Origin: an uncultured Acidimicrobiia bacterium
GTDB taxonomy: Bacteria > Acidobacteriota > Terriglobia > Versatilivoradales > Versatilivoraceae
Direction of reading: 5' to 3'
DNA length: 64,000 bases
Assembly (NCBI GenBank): GCA_963786955.1
Contig: CAWBAT010000004.1
Span: 800,001-864,000 of the forward strand
The first letter of the stretch is position 1; the number at the start of each line of letters is the position of its first letter. The notes under the pieces are model-generated. The model was given only the letters and a program-made list of their open reading frames with translations. It ran no database searches and was not told where the DNA came from. Positions 53,380-63,723 of this stretch are shown in pieces. A program made the position numbers and the translations under genes.

Positions 53380-54585
53380 TTATTTCTCTGATGACCGCAT
53401 CGGGAGCAAGCGAGCAACAACCCGGAATCCGAGGTAGGGGGTGCTGACTTCCGGCGGGAAAGTTTCACGGTAAGGAATGTAGAGGACAGCGGTGCTCGCG
53501 GTGTACCAAGATCCTCCTCGGACCACTCGAGTCCCGGTTAGGTCGGAACGATTCCGGTCATCATCGGCATAAGGATGCTCTCGGTTATAAGGACGATTGA
53601 GGGTACTGGTCCATTCGGAAACATTTCCAGTCATGTGGTACAGTCCATAGCGGTTGGGAACAAATTTTTCCCGAGAGAGTTGGGATCCGATCACAGTGAC
53701 TTCTGCTGTCGGATTTTTCTTCCAGTTATATTGGCTCACTTCCTGGTCGCTGACACTGGCACCTAAGGCATAATCAAAATTGTCCGGGCCCCTGGCTGCC
53801 TTCTCCCACTCGGCCTCACTCGGAAGTGAAAATATCCAGATTCCTTTTCCGTACTTCTTGCTCAGCCAGCGGCAATACGAATCCGTCTCAAACCAATTGA
53901 CGAGTACGACGGGTTGGTCAGCCTGACCAAATCGAGCGTAATCTCCATCCATGGGCTTTAGAAGCGCCGTCGCCCGACAGCCATTACCGGCTTTCCAATG
54001 CCTGCCTTCTTCTGTCCAGTTCTGGTCATTGCGATATCCGTCAGGATCATCTAGATACGCTTTGAATTCCGAATTGGATACTTCAAACAGAGACACATAG
54101 AATCCGGGCAACCAGACAAAGTGCGGCTCACGCGGATTCAGCCGGTCTCCAAACAAGACGTGCCCTGGCGGAATAAAGGCAAAGTCGGAGGCCGCAGCGG
54201 ATGGTCTTGGTGGCTGTTCGAGCGGCAAGGAACGAATGGTGAGCGTAAAAAGTCCATCCTGATCAGGTCCACTCCGATACCCGGCGATCGGTACAGGATA
54301 AAGAGCTGTCCCGTTTGGAAATTGTGCCTTAAGAAAATAATTTCCTTGCCGCAGCCAGGCACTTTCTCCATCGAAGCCGCTAACCGGTTTGGCTCCTTCC
54401 AGGTTTTTTCCCGCTTGTAATAACTCGACAGGAGCGTGAGCGAGATTGGAAACGATCAGCTTCGTCTCATTCTTTTGAAAATGCAATTGCTCTTCACGCT
54501 CACTGGCAACATAGCGCCATGCAAAATATCCACTGGCACCGAGCACAACAACGACCGGAAAAACGATAATCCAAAGTTTCTTCAT
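53380..54585 (-). CDS. FGE-sulfatase (SUMF1/NirV-like) domain protein with N-terminal TM
   Basis: PVVLVNW, LPSEAEWEKAAR, GNVSEW, RGGSW, GFRV. Confidence 0.88.
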   Translation of the reverse strand: MKKLWIIVFPVVVVLGASGYFAWRYVASEREEQLHFQKNETKLIVSNLAHAPVELLQAGKNLEGAKPVSGFDGESAWLRQGNYFLKAQFPNGTALYPVPIAGYRSGPDQDGLFTLTIRSLPLEQPPRPSAAASDFAFIPPGHVLFGDRLNPREPHFVWLPGFYVSLFEVSNSEFKAYLDDPDGYRNDQNWTEEGRHWKAGNGCRATALLKPMDGDYARFGQADQPVVLVNWFETDSYCRWLSKKYGKGIWIFSLPSEAEWEKAARGPDNFDYALGASVSDQEVSQYNWKKNPTAEVTVIGSQLSREKFVPNRYGLYHMTGNVSEWTSTLNRPYNREHPYADDDRNRSDLTGTRVVRGGSWYTASTAVLYIPYRETFPPEVSTPYLGFRVVARLLPMRSSEK

Positions 54586-54596
54586 TTTTCTAATAA

Positions 54597-54638
54597 GTAG
54601 GGGCGAAGCATCCGTCAGCTTGATGGATGCTTCGCCCC
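54597..54638. repeat. REP-like hairpin
   Basis: GTAG-GGGCGAAGCATCC...GGATGCTTCGCCCC. Confidence 0.55.
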
Positions 54639-54670
54639 GACAAAGTCACATGATTGATAATCGCCAATCG

Positions 54671-55503
54671 TTAGATGTCCTGCTCATTCATCGATCGGCT
54701 CGAAAGGTAGATCGGGAATATAACCCAGCACACAAGCCCGAGGACCAAGGCCAATAGGCTCGCCGTGTCTCCGCCCAGGAATTTTACTAGCGCCTGCGCC
54801 GGCTGGGCCAAAAATCGGCTTGCCATTGAGCACAATGAGACTGGCCACCCTCACCATATCTACCGGATTTCCCGCCAGCGAAAAAAAGATAAAGCGGTTG
54901 GCTATTCTTTCCTGAAGCAAAAACGTACCGCCAATGACCAGCAAGTCGTAGAAAAGCACAAAAAAGAACCAGAGAAAGAGCGTGATTCCAAACGCCTTTG
55001 CTTTCCTCTGGCTCCAGGCAGCCACCAAGGCTGACAAAGCCAGGAAAATCAATCCGAGGAGCATCGAAAGAAATTACGAGCAGGGGGTAACGCAGCACTC
55101 CTTCGGGTCCAGCCTTGACAGCGATGATCAGGCCACCGAGCCCAAAACCAATCAGGGTGGAGGTCAATAACGATGCAAAAAGTCCCGCCAGCTTCCCGAT
55201 GAGAATTTCCATTCGAGTGACCGGCTGGGCATACAATAAATCACCGGAGTTTTTTTCACTCGTGAAGCTCATGGTTCCCATCACAAGAGCGACCAAAGGA
55301 ACGATGTAGAGAACAAGATTCAATAAGCTGGCAGATGTCCTGAGAAAACCCTGGAACCCAACTGTACCGGCCGTGACGAGACCAAAATAAGCAATCGCCA
55401 CAACTAGCACCGCAAATGCCAAGGCAAAGATCAGTGTCCAACGATTGCGAATGTTTATCTTCAATTCAAGTCGTGCGATGTTGAAGATCGCATTAAAATC
55501 CAT
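54671..55503 (-). CDS. nosY: ABC transporter permease NosY (frameshifted)
   Basis: RNRW, SLLNLVLYIVPLVAL, NPVD..R; nos context. Confidence 0.88.
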
Positions 55504-55518
55504 TCAGAACTCCACTTT

Positions 55519-55590
55519 AAGGTCTAAGGTCAAAGGTCCAAGGTCCAAAGTAAAAGTTGAATGTCCAAGGTCCAAAGTCTAAGGTCCAAA
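55519..55590. repeat. Degenerate 7-bp tandem repeat (AAGGTCC)
   Basis: About 10 units: aaggtct aaggtca aaggtcc aaggtcc ... Confidence 0.75.
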
Positions 55591-56025
55591 GACTTCGGCA
55601 AACGTCATGACTGTTCCTTGAGTATCATGAGCCAGTTGTTCTGCTCGTGTTCTCTCCCGGAGTGCTACAATCCCGCCGCTCATAGGCGTTTTAAATTGAC
55701 TGGACCGTACAAAACTGGCCAGCTGCGCGGGTAACCAGCGCTTTGTCTCATAATCAACCGCAAAATAATACTGTGGAACATTTTGGCCAAGTTTCTTGGT
55801 GTGGAGGAATTCCTTCATGCACCCCAAATCGTCAAATTTGTACGCCTCGCCTTCTTTATCGATGAACTCGGCGGCATAACGTTTTTCAGAGATCGCCATT
55901 TTGCAGTAACTGCACATATCAGAAGCTTCAATTTCAACGGGATCAACCGCCTTCTGAAAGCAGGCTGCTAGGAATATTGCAATGACCGGAGCTATCCAGA
56001 GCGCAACCACCTTTTGCGGATTCAC
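55579..56025 (-). CDS. nosL: Copper chaperone lipoprotein NosL
   Basis: Lipobox LAAC, CSYCKM, FDDLGCM, TPM. Confidence 0.92.
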   Translation of the reverse strand: MNPQKVVALWIAPVIAIFLAACFQKAVDPVEIEASDMCSYCKMAISEKRYAAEFIDKEGEAYKFDDLGCMKEFLHTKKLGQNVPQYYFAVDYETKRWLPAQLASFVRSSQFKTPMSGGIVALRERTRAEQLAHDTQGTVMTFAEVFGP

Positions 56026-56027
56026 AT

Positions 56028-56939
56028 TCAGACCTTTTTCCGGACATAACTAAGATAGATATCTTCCAATGACAACTCTTCAGTCATAAATCGGGCCACT
56101 TGTGCTCCGGCAAATTCCATGGCCTTTAAAATGCCGAATCGGATTCCCGGGTCGGAAGTGATCAAGAGCGAATCTCCATCCCAGTTGGAGGTTTCTGCCC
56201 CTGCTTGCCGGGCCGTCTCGGCCCAGCGAGGATCCGGATTGCTCAGAACAACTCTCATCTTGCAGGTGTGCATCAGGTCTTCTCGCAATCCCGAGATGGT
56301 TTCCAGTGCAATCAGTTTTCCCCCAATCAGAATGGCGACACGATCGGCAAGCTGCTCCACGTCGGCAAGGACATGCGACGAAAACAAGATGGTTTTCCCC
56401 TCTCGCTTGAGATTGCCAAGAAATTCTCTGAATTGAATGGCTCCTTCTGGATCGAGGTTGACGGTGGGCTCGTCTAGAATGAGGACCGGCGTATCGGGAA
56501 GGCAGGCCACAGCCAGGCCTAATCGTTGGATCATTCCTCCCGAAAACTCACTGACCAATCGGTCGCTGAACCCATTGAAATGGAAGCGTGGGCTCGCGAC
56601 CAGTTGGTCGATTCGGGAGGGATTCACTTTTCTCAGCCGGCCATAGAACTGTAAGATTTCCCGTGCCGTCAGATTCTCATCAAAACTAACCCTTTGCGGT
56701 AAATAGCTAAGCCACCTGCGAGATTCCCGCGGCTGCCGAACCACATCAAAACCTTTGATCGTCATTTCCCCACCGGCGGGACGCGCTAACCCGGCCAAGC
56801 ATTTGAGAGTGGTGCTTTTCCCGCTCCCGTTAGGACCGAGCAGAGCAAAGGTCTCCCCTGCTGCGACTTCAAAGGAAACGGCATCGACCGCCGTGAATTC
56901 TCCGTAGGATTTGGTCAGCCTGTCTACTCGAATCATCAT
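56028..56939 (-). CDS. nosF: ABC ATPase NosF
   Basis: GPNGSGKST, FSGGMIQR, LDEP; nos context. Confidence 0.88.
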   Translation of the reverse strand: MMIRVDRLTKSYGEFTAVDAVSFEVAAGETFALLGPNGSGKSTTLKCLAGLARPAGGEMTIKGFDVVRQPRESRRWLSYLPQRVSFDENLTAREILQFYGRLRKVNPSRIDQLVASPRFHFNGFSDRLVSEFSGGMIQRLGLAVACLPDTPVLILDEPTVNLDPEGAIQFREFLGNLKREGKTILFSSHVLADVEQLADRVAILIGGKLIALETISGLREDLMHTCKMRVVLSNPDPRWAETARQAGAETSNWDGDSLLITSDPGIRFGILKAMEFAGAQVARFMTEELSLEDIYLSYVRKKV

Positions 56940-58339
56940 CGTCGGAGCCCCTTTCCAACGGCAACGACCCCGGTAAGCAGCATCGTCACGGACAGCACTG
57001 CCAATGGCAAATGGGCGGAACTCGAGGCTTGTTTCGTCTGTAAAGGGAGAGGGTATTCCATTGCCCGCATCAGGGGAGCTGAATCAATTTCCGCGGAACC
57101 CGTGATCACTGGAAAAGTCTTTTCAGCCATCGCCAGTGCTTGCGCGACGGGGCTATTTAAGTACAGTCGTAAACGAGGATAGTTCCCTTCCAAATATTCA
57201 AATATATTTTGAATCTTGTGGGGAACATCCCCCACCCCGTCACCATCCAAGTCATACCCGTCGTAATCACTCCAGAAATTTCCTTTGCCACCCTCCTGCC
57301 AGAAAGAAGCGGTCTTCTTTCCGACGAGCCGGAGCGGACTGAGGTTTTCTACAAATTGATTTTCCGAGAAGAGATTCTCCTCAGAACTGCTGAAAATCTG
57401 CATGGCGACGTCATTCTCTGCGATGATATTCTTTCGAAAAGTTGTGTGGCGGACTGCCTCCAAGAAAAGGCCAGTTGCGTTATCAATAATAAAATTGCCT
57501 TCGGCCAGGTTATCTTCGCAACCTTGGAAAAGAATCCCGAAAGAACTGAATCCCCGATTATGCATGAAGGCATTTCTCCGGAATTGAATGCCTCGCGAGT
57601 ACATAATGGCAGCGCCCGCTACATTGTGGGAAAAAACGTTTTCCTCAAATTGGTTATCGTCGGAATTCATGTAATGCAGGCCGTAACGTAATTGTGAAAC
57701 ATGGTTCTGGCGCATCACATTATGGGAACTGTTCTGGATATACATCCCGTCCCGTGTTTCCGTGATGGAGTTCCCTTCAATGAAATTGTTGGCTGAATTC
57801 CACAGATGAATACCGGCGCCGCGTTCTCCCATCTCCAGCTCAGACCTCCCCTGGATTCGGTTATGCCGGATGCGGTTTCCCGAAGAGTGGTAGAGGTAAA
57901 TGCCAAAGAGAATGTCTCGCAGTTCGTTGTTCTCAACTTGATTTCCGTTGCTCTTGAGCAGAATCCCGGAATCCTCGTTCCGCAGGTCATCGCCGCTATG
58001 TTCAACAATGACTCCGCGGATGATACACTTGGGAGCTAGCACCTCGAGCACGCTGCCTTTCCCGGAACCGCGCAAGATGGGCTTTTCGAATCCCTCTAAC
58101 GTCACTGTTTTGTCCAGCTTGATTTTCCCCGTATAGACCCCTGGAAAGATCTGGATCGTATCCCCAGGGCTTGCTGCGTCCAATGCGGCCACAACAGATT
58201 GGAAAGGGAGACTCATGCCGACCTTCAGAATTTCGGCCTGCACAGCCGGAGCGCAACTAAGCACCAGCAGACTCCACAAGAGGACTCTCTGTTGAGTGAC
58301 CCGAAACCACGCTAGGGTGATCCATGGAAAGAGTCGCAT
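56936..58339 (-). CDS. nosD: Nitrous oxide reductase maturation protein NosD
   Basis: Beta-helix repeats, RYGLHYM, GNFWSDY.GYDLDGDGVGD. Confidence 0.95.
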   Translation of the reverse strand: MRLFPWITLAWFRVTQQRVLLWSLLVLSCAPAVQAEILKVGMSLPFQSVVAALDAASPGDTIQIFPGVYTGKIKLDKTVTLEGFEKPILRGSGKGSVLEVLAPKCIIRGVIVEHSGDDLRNEDSGILLKSNGNQVENNELRDILFGIYLYHSSGNRIRHNRIQGRSELEMGERGAGIHLWNSANNFIEGNSITETRDGMYIQNSSHNVMRQNHVSQLRYGLHYMNSDDNQFEENVFSHNVAGAAIMYSRGIQFRRNAFMHNRGFSSFGILFQGCEDNLAEGNFIIDNATGLFLEAVRHTTFRKNIIAENDVAMQIFSSSEENLFSENQFVENLSPLRLVGKKTASFWQEGGKGNFWSDYDGYDLDGDGVGDVPHKIQNIFEYLEGNYPRLRLYLNSPVAQALAMAEKTFPVITGSAEIDSAPLMRAMEYPLPLQTKQASSSAHLPLAVLSVTMLLTGVVAVGKGLRR

Positions 58340-58403
58340 TCTTTCGACCTTCAATTAGGGTGGATGCAAGCGGGACAGCGCTAAAAAGATCCAGCCACTC
58401 CTG

Positions 58404-59096
58404 TTAGTGTGGTTCCGGTTTTCTGGAGAGGAAAATAGCCAGCAGCAAGAGCAATGAAAAGCCAACCAGTAAAAAAGAACCTGGGGCCGGGAGGCTATAG
58501 ATTGTGAAATTGGCAATCTGCTTCATGCCGAATAGTGGGGGCGTAAACGGCGGAACTTTAATGGCTGCCGCAGGATCGAGATTGTGCCCGTAAGAGTATA
58601 GCCGGTGATAGAAGCTCCAAAAAGAGAATAAGCCAAAGTAGGAAAAAAGAACAAAAACGTCAACGAGACTTGCCATCTTACCAATCACCATCGCTCTTAA
58701 TGACAGGATGGCGAGGATGCCGAGCACGAAGGGAAGCCAGGTAAATTCACTAAAATCACTCTCCAGCAAAGGTCTCATCCCAATATAGTGGTTGAGCGAA
58801 TTAATTTCCCGCAAATCATCGCGATTGGGAGTTTTTCCCCCTTCCAACTGATATGGGTAGATTTGTAATGCCAATCCATCCAGATACTGATTGGAGGTAA
58901 AAGTCATCGTCCAGAGCGGAAATAGAAAATTGCCAACCAACAGGAATACCGCGATTAAGATCACGAAGCGGCTTTTGAGATTGAGCGGCAGATCAAAGAA
59001 TGCCATGGCCTGATCCAATGCGCTTTTTTTTTCAGGATTTGTTCCCTGTGAGGACGCTCTCTCTAGGGGGTCCAACGGTACCCTTTTGCCTTCCAT
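58404..59096 (-). CDS. nosB: Clade II nos membrane protein (NosB-like)
   Basis: PLW...QY.DGL, INSLNHYIGM, YGHNLDP.A.IK..PF.PP; located between nosZ and nosD. Confidence 0.8.
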   Translation of the reverse strand: MEGKRVPLDPLERASSQGTNPEKKSALDQAMAFFDLPLNLKSRFVILIAVFLLVGNFLFPLWTMTFTSNQYLDGLALQIYPYQLEGGKTPNRDDLREINSLNHYIGMRPLLESDFSEFTWLPFVLGILAILSLRAMVIGKMASLVDVFVLFSYFGLFSFWSFYHRLYSYGHNLDPAAAIKVPPFTPPLFGMKQIANFTIYSLPAPGSFLLVGFSLLLLLAIFLSRKPEPH

Positions 59097-59114
59097 AGGT
59101 TTCTCCTGAAGAAA

Positions 59115-59158
59115 GCTGAACGTCAGAGGCCGGCCAAAGCCTACCCCTGGCGTTCAGC
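59115..59158. terminator. Stem-loop downstream of nosZ
   Basis: GCTGAACGTCAG...CTGGCGTTCAGC inverted repeat. Confidence 0.5.
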
Positions 59159-59177
59159 ACATATCGCGCGAATTTTC

Positions 59178-61035
59178 TTATTTCGGCTTAACTAACATAT
59201 ATCCTTGCATTTCCTGGTGTAAGGCTGAGCAGAAGTTTGTGCAATAGTATGGGAAGACTCCCGGTTTATTGGCCACGAACTCAATCGTCTTCGTTTCTCC
59301 AGGGTCGACCACTACATTGATATTGTAATCGTTTAAGCCAAACCCATGGAGTTCGTCCGTGGTCTGCTCGATGTTAGTGAGGTAAATGGTCACCTTGTCG
59401 CCCTGGTTCACTTCAAGCTTGTTGGGCTCAAAGCTGCTGCGCACCGCAACCATCTTCACTTTCACATCCGAACCGTTTCGTGCGACGTGAGGCATCTTTC
59501 ACATCCCAAATGGCGTTGGCGTTCTTGTTCTCATCTTTCGGGTAAACCTCAATAGGCTTCAGCTTGTCCGTCTTGATAATCTGGGCATAGTGTGGTTCCG
59601 GTTCGGTAAAGGCATCGTAAAGCAGTTTCATCTTCTCCCCGTTGATATCGATCAATTGAGACGACTCCGGCTGGGAAGGTCCAACATTCAAATGCCGGCC
59701 ATGGGAAAGTTTGTTGAGAGCCACAAGGTATTTCCCGGCGGGGTGAGCCGTATCCCCTTCGGCCGCGGCTAAGTGACCGATGTTATAAGTAACGGGAATT
59801 TTGTCGAGGACTTCCCAAGTTCCCAATTTCCATTTAGCAATGGCGCTTTCCACAAACAGACTCGTATAAGCATTGCCCTGGTCATCAAACTGGGTATGCA
59901 ATGGGCCCAGTCCGACGTTGACCTCGGCATCCTTGATTTTGTCGTAGTTGAGCACCGGGATGCCATCCTCATCACCCGTGAAATCTTTGTTTTGGATCGC
60001 CGTTTGAACCTTCTCGATATTAAATACCGTGGTGATGGACTGGAGTTTTCCACTAGCGATAATGTACTTTCCGTCCGGGCTGACATCCACGCCATGCGGG
60101 CTCTTAGCGCAGGGGAAAAGATACACCACTCCCGGCGCATCTTTCGGGTCAATGACCTTCACTCCGCCGATCATCTTGAACTTATTCTCTTTGATGGCCT
60201 TCTCGGCTTCATGCCAGTTCACTGCCACAACATAGTCGCGATCCTTCTGGGTCGAGGTGACTTCCAATTTTCCCGTCGCCCGCTCAGAGTTATAACAGGT
60301 CCAAAACCCCCAACCATTACTGGCCCCTTTTCCAGCATCGCCCAGGTCATAGTTGAATGGCGGCATCAGGACTTCCCATCCCAGGCTCATCTGTCCGGTC
60401 TTCGGATCGATGGCGATTCCAGCCACTACCCCTTTGTAAGTAGTGGCATATTGCTCGATGGGTGCATAGGTACCCCGAGGAAGCGGAATCGAAAAACGCG
60501 AACCCGCCAAAACGTACTCGGTATTCGGGGTTACAAACGAAGAGCAGTGATTTCCGGAAACATTCGGGATAGGTCCAAAAATCTGCTTCGTTTTAAAATC
60601 TCGCAGATCAATGCGCGCCATGCGGTTATTCGCATTATCACTGATGAACAACCAGCGGCCGTCATAATCTCCATTGGTTTCACTGATTGAAGGATGGTGT
60701 GCATCCCCCCAAGTGTATCCTCCCAACATCTCTTTCGAATCTTTATCAAACCCATAACCTGTAGCCGGATAGGGAGTGAATACCGGAATCGTGCTAATGT
60801 GCCGCATCGAAGGGATGCCCGCCACATAGACGTTTCCAGAATGTCCTCCGGAATAAAACAAATAATACTCATCCAAATCACCCGGCGCGACATAAGTTGC
60901 AATGGCCGCCTCTGCTGTCCCCCCCCGCTGAACTTGTGTCACTTTCTTACCGCAGTTCATGAGAGTAAACGCTAAAAACAGGAGGGCCCCGCCCCCCACC
61001 CACAGCCAGTTCCATTGAATTCTTTTTTGTCTCAT
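59178..61035 (-). CDS. nosZ: Clade II (Sec-type) nitrous oxide reductase (frameshift near 59490)
   Basis: SGGHSG, DAHH, KSPHG, GPLH, EPH; CuA motif HG...CTNFCSALHQEM; no twin-arginine signal. Confidence 0.96.
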
Positions 61036-61136
61036 ACCTTCTCCTTTCTCCTCAAATAATGGCCATATGAGCGCGGAAACACGGTTTCAATGAAGATGTC
61101 GCTTAGGATTACAAAGATGGGTATGTCTTCCGTATC

Positions 61137-62327
61137 TCAATGCTTTTGTGGCTGCAACTCTTTTTGTGCCAACTTCTTTTGATAAGCCGATTTCAGCTTT
61201 TCAACCGCTTCCCGCTTTTCCGCGTCCGTCAGCTGAATTTGCGTGGCCAGCACAACACTCATTGTTCCCGTGGGGTTTGCTAGAAAATCTTCCAATGTTC
61301 TTCCAAATCGGCGCTGGACATCGGCCACGGCATCAGACAGATCCGGACCGATCTTGGCAGCGGATTCAATGCCCAGCGTGCTGACTGAATGACAAACGAA
61401 GCAGCGGTGGGTCACAAAGAATGCTCCTTCGCCACTCATCATCTGCTTTTCTTTTTCCAACTCTTCGGCAGTGGGACGATCTACAGGTTGGGCTCCCGGA
61501 AGATATCGGGTGGGCACGGTCTTATCCTTCCAGCTGAGGATCAAGAGGGCCAAGGCCTGAGCATCCGAACTCGTGAATCCGAAATTGGGCATGACCGTCT
61601 CAGGGACAAGCGCTTTAGGGTTCTGAAGGTGTGCGACGTGCCAGGCAAAGGCCGACTTCACTCCGTACATGTGCGAATAGTCATATTGTTCAGGGGACTT
61701 GGCACCGACATTGGTCAAATCCGGTCCAATGACCCCTCCTCTGCCGTTGATGGCGTGGCAGGCCCGGCAACTTTTTTCACTGACTATTTGCTTAGCCCGA
61801 TTTAAGGCATCGGCTCCTTTGGTCTCACGATCATAGCGGTGACATTGATTACAATTCATCTGGAGCAAGATTTTCTTGTCTTTCACCGTGTAGCGCTCTG
61901 CAATGTCCTTACCCAGGACTGGTTCTTCCCAATGTTCCACCAGGCCATGAGCCGGCTTCCTATCGGTCGAATAACCCTGACCCCCATGACAAGATGTACA
62001 GCCGTATTCCTGAACGGGATGTTTTTGCAGAATCTCGCGCGGGTGAGTTCTGAAAGGGTGCGGCGCATTTTCCAGTCCCTTCCAGTCGATACCTTGATGG
62101 CAGGTAATACAGCGATCCACAATTCCCAGGTCTTTGGCCCAGATTTGCTGAAGCCCGCTGGGAATGAAGGCCGCTTTCTGCTGGCCAAACTTTTGGCTCA
62201 CCAGAGTCTTAAACTCATCTTGATAGTCTTTCCACTCCGGTTGGAAGTATCCCCAGCCAACAAAAACCATCACCAGCAGCGTGGCAGCTCCAAATGAGTA
62301 AAGCCAGATAAGGTCTTTTCGGTACAC
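61137..62327 (-). CDS. Membrane-anchored pentaheme cytochrome c of the Rieske/cytochrome b module
   Basis: CITCH, CTSCH, CNQCH, CRACH, CFVCH; GPDL...MP class I domains; GTG start after GGAG. Confidence 0.88.
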   Translation of the reverse strand: MYRKDLIWLYSFGAATLLVMVFVGWGYFQPEWKDYQDEFKTLVSQKFGQQKAAFIPSGLQQIWAKDLGIVDRCITCHQGIDWKGLENAPHPFRTHPREILQKHPVQEYGCTSCHGGQGYSTDRKPAHGLVEHWEEPVLGKDIAERYTVKDKKILLQMNCNQCHRYDRETKGADALNRAKQIVSEKSCRACHAINGRGGVIGPDLTNVGAKSPEQYDYSHMYGVKSAFAWHVAHLQNPKALVPETVMPNFGFTSSDAQALALLILSWKDKTVPTRYLPGAQPVDRPTAEELEKEKQMMSGEGAFFVTHRCFVCHSVSTLGIESAAKIGPDLSDAVADVQRRFGRTLEDFLANPTGTMSVVLATQIQLTDAEKREAVEKLKSAYQKKLAQKELQPQKH

Positions 62328-62359
62328 GACTGCTCCCTGATCGGTGAAATGGACAAAGG

Positions 62360-63676
62360 CTAGAACGTTCGTGGTATTTCCGGCCAGGCCTGCCAAGGCC
62401 AATAGAAATCCCAGTAAGGTCCTCGCATGAATGTCCCAACGATAGTCAAAATAGCAACACACAGCACAACAATCAGAAAAACAATAATCTGTCTCTTCCG
62501 TTCAGCGGCGAACCAGACTCCTACTGCAGAAGCTGGAGACTTGTCAAAGTACGGCCACAGAATCAATCCTAAGACGAGAATACCGGGTAACAGGACTCCT
62601 CCCAGGAGCGCTCCATTGACGGTAAAATGGCCGATTCTAAACGTGGTATCACTGACCAACTCCTGCAGCCAGAGGAAATACCAGGGAGCTTTTGCCGGAT
62701 TTGGAGTGATACTGGGGGTGGCTGGCTCCTCGAGCGGAGCTCGAAGTAGAAGTGTCAATAGAGACGTCAGAAGGAGCGTGCCGACCATGACAGCGGCAAT
62801 CCGACGGGTTACGTTGGGAGAGGATTGAACTGTGTGTAAATCCTCATCGATCAGGCTTGTTTCCACGTGAACCGTGGCACCCCGAGTAATTCCCAGCAAC
62901 GAATAGGTCTTGCTCTTGATCGGGATTGCTTTCTCTTTTTTCTGAGTCAGTGCCAGTTGGTCCGCGCAAGCCAGCCCGCCGTCTTTCCTCACTCTCCACA
63001 TGTGATACGAAAAGAGGAGCAGAACAATTAGAGGCAGAAAGAAACAGTGCAAGACGTAGAACCTCAATAGCGTGTTTTGGTCGATGGTGGACCCACCCAG
63101 CAACAGGAAACGCATCCACTCCCCGACGATGGGCGCAGAGCTGGCGATATTCGTCCCCACGGTGATGGCCCAATACGCCAGCTGATCCCAAGGTAGTAAA
63201 TAACCGGTAAACGAGAGGAAAAGTGTGACCAAGAGCAACACCACCCCGATCACCCAGTTTAAGGGCCGGTTTTGATTGGCTGCGGCTCCGTTCTTGTAGG
63301 CACCCGCCAAAAAAACCCTGACCATATGGAGAAACACAACAGCAACCATCAAATGGGCTGAGATTCGATGCAGGCCGCGCAGGAACCATCCAAACGAAAC
63401 CACGAACTCCAGATCCTTAACGGAAAGATAGGCGCGCTCAACCGAAGGAACATAGAGGAACATCAGAACAGTTCCCGTTAGCGTGAGAATCAAGAAAAGA
63501 ACGGCGGAGATAGTTCCTAGCCAAAACGAATAGCTCCAGGAAAGGCTTCGTTTGGTAATTTTTGCCGGAAACCAGTGGAGTAGAAAATTACGGACAATGG
63601 AATCACCGGCTTCCCGCTCACTCGAAGGTTGCCAGCTCCACTTGATTTTTTGCCAGGCAGTTTGTTTCGTTGGCAT
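62360..63676 (-). CDS. Cytochrome b of a Rieske/cytochrome b complex (b6 and subunit IV in one chain)
   Basis: [35 protein letters not shown]. Confidence 0.92.
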   Translation of the reverse strand: MPTKQTAWQKIKWSWQPSSEREAGDSIVRNFLLHWFPAKITKRSLSWSYSFWLGTISAVLFLILTLTGTVLMFLYVPSVERAYLSVKDLEFVVSFGWFLRGLHRISAHLMVAVVFLHMVRVFLAGAYKNGAAANQNRPLNWVIGVVLLLVTLFLSFTGYLLPWDQLAYWAITVGTNIASSAPIVGEWMRFLLLGGSTIDQNTLLRFYVLHCFFLPLIVLLLFSYHMWRVRKDGGLACADQLALTQKKEKAIPIKSKTYSLLGITRGATVHVETSLIDEDLHTVQSSPNVTRRIAAVMVGTLLLTSLLTLLLRAPLEEPATPSITPNPAKAPWYFLWLQELVSDTTFRIGHFTVNGALLGGVLLPGILVLGLILWPYFDKSPASAVGVWFAAERKRQIIVFLIVVLCVAILTIVGTFMRGPYWDFYWPWQAWPEIPRTF

Positions 63677-63723
63677 TGCTGCGATTCTCCTGTCGAGGTC
63701 CCGCCTGCCGGGAGATTCTTTTC

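Noticed and set aside
55519-55590. CRISPR array
   Set aside because: 7-bp units with no spacers and no cas genes.
59773-60690. Long antisense ORFs (also 20480..21229, 36505..37206, 38212..38958, 52108..52947)
   Set aside because: Shadow frames of well-supported genes, with no recognisable motifs.
1090-61035. Frameshifts in about 15 genes as pseudogenisation or programmed frameshifting
   Set aside because: They are scattered single-base indels, often near homopolymers, in otherwise conserved genes, which is typical of long-read error. Polishing would be needed to claim otherwise.
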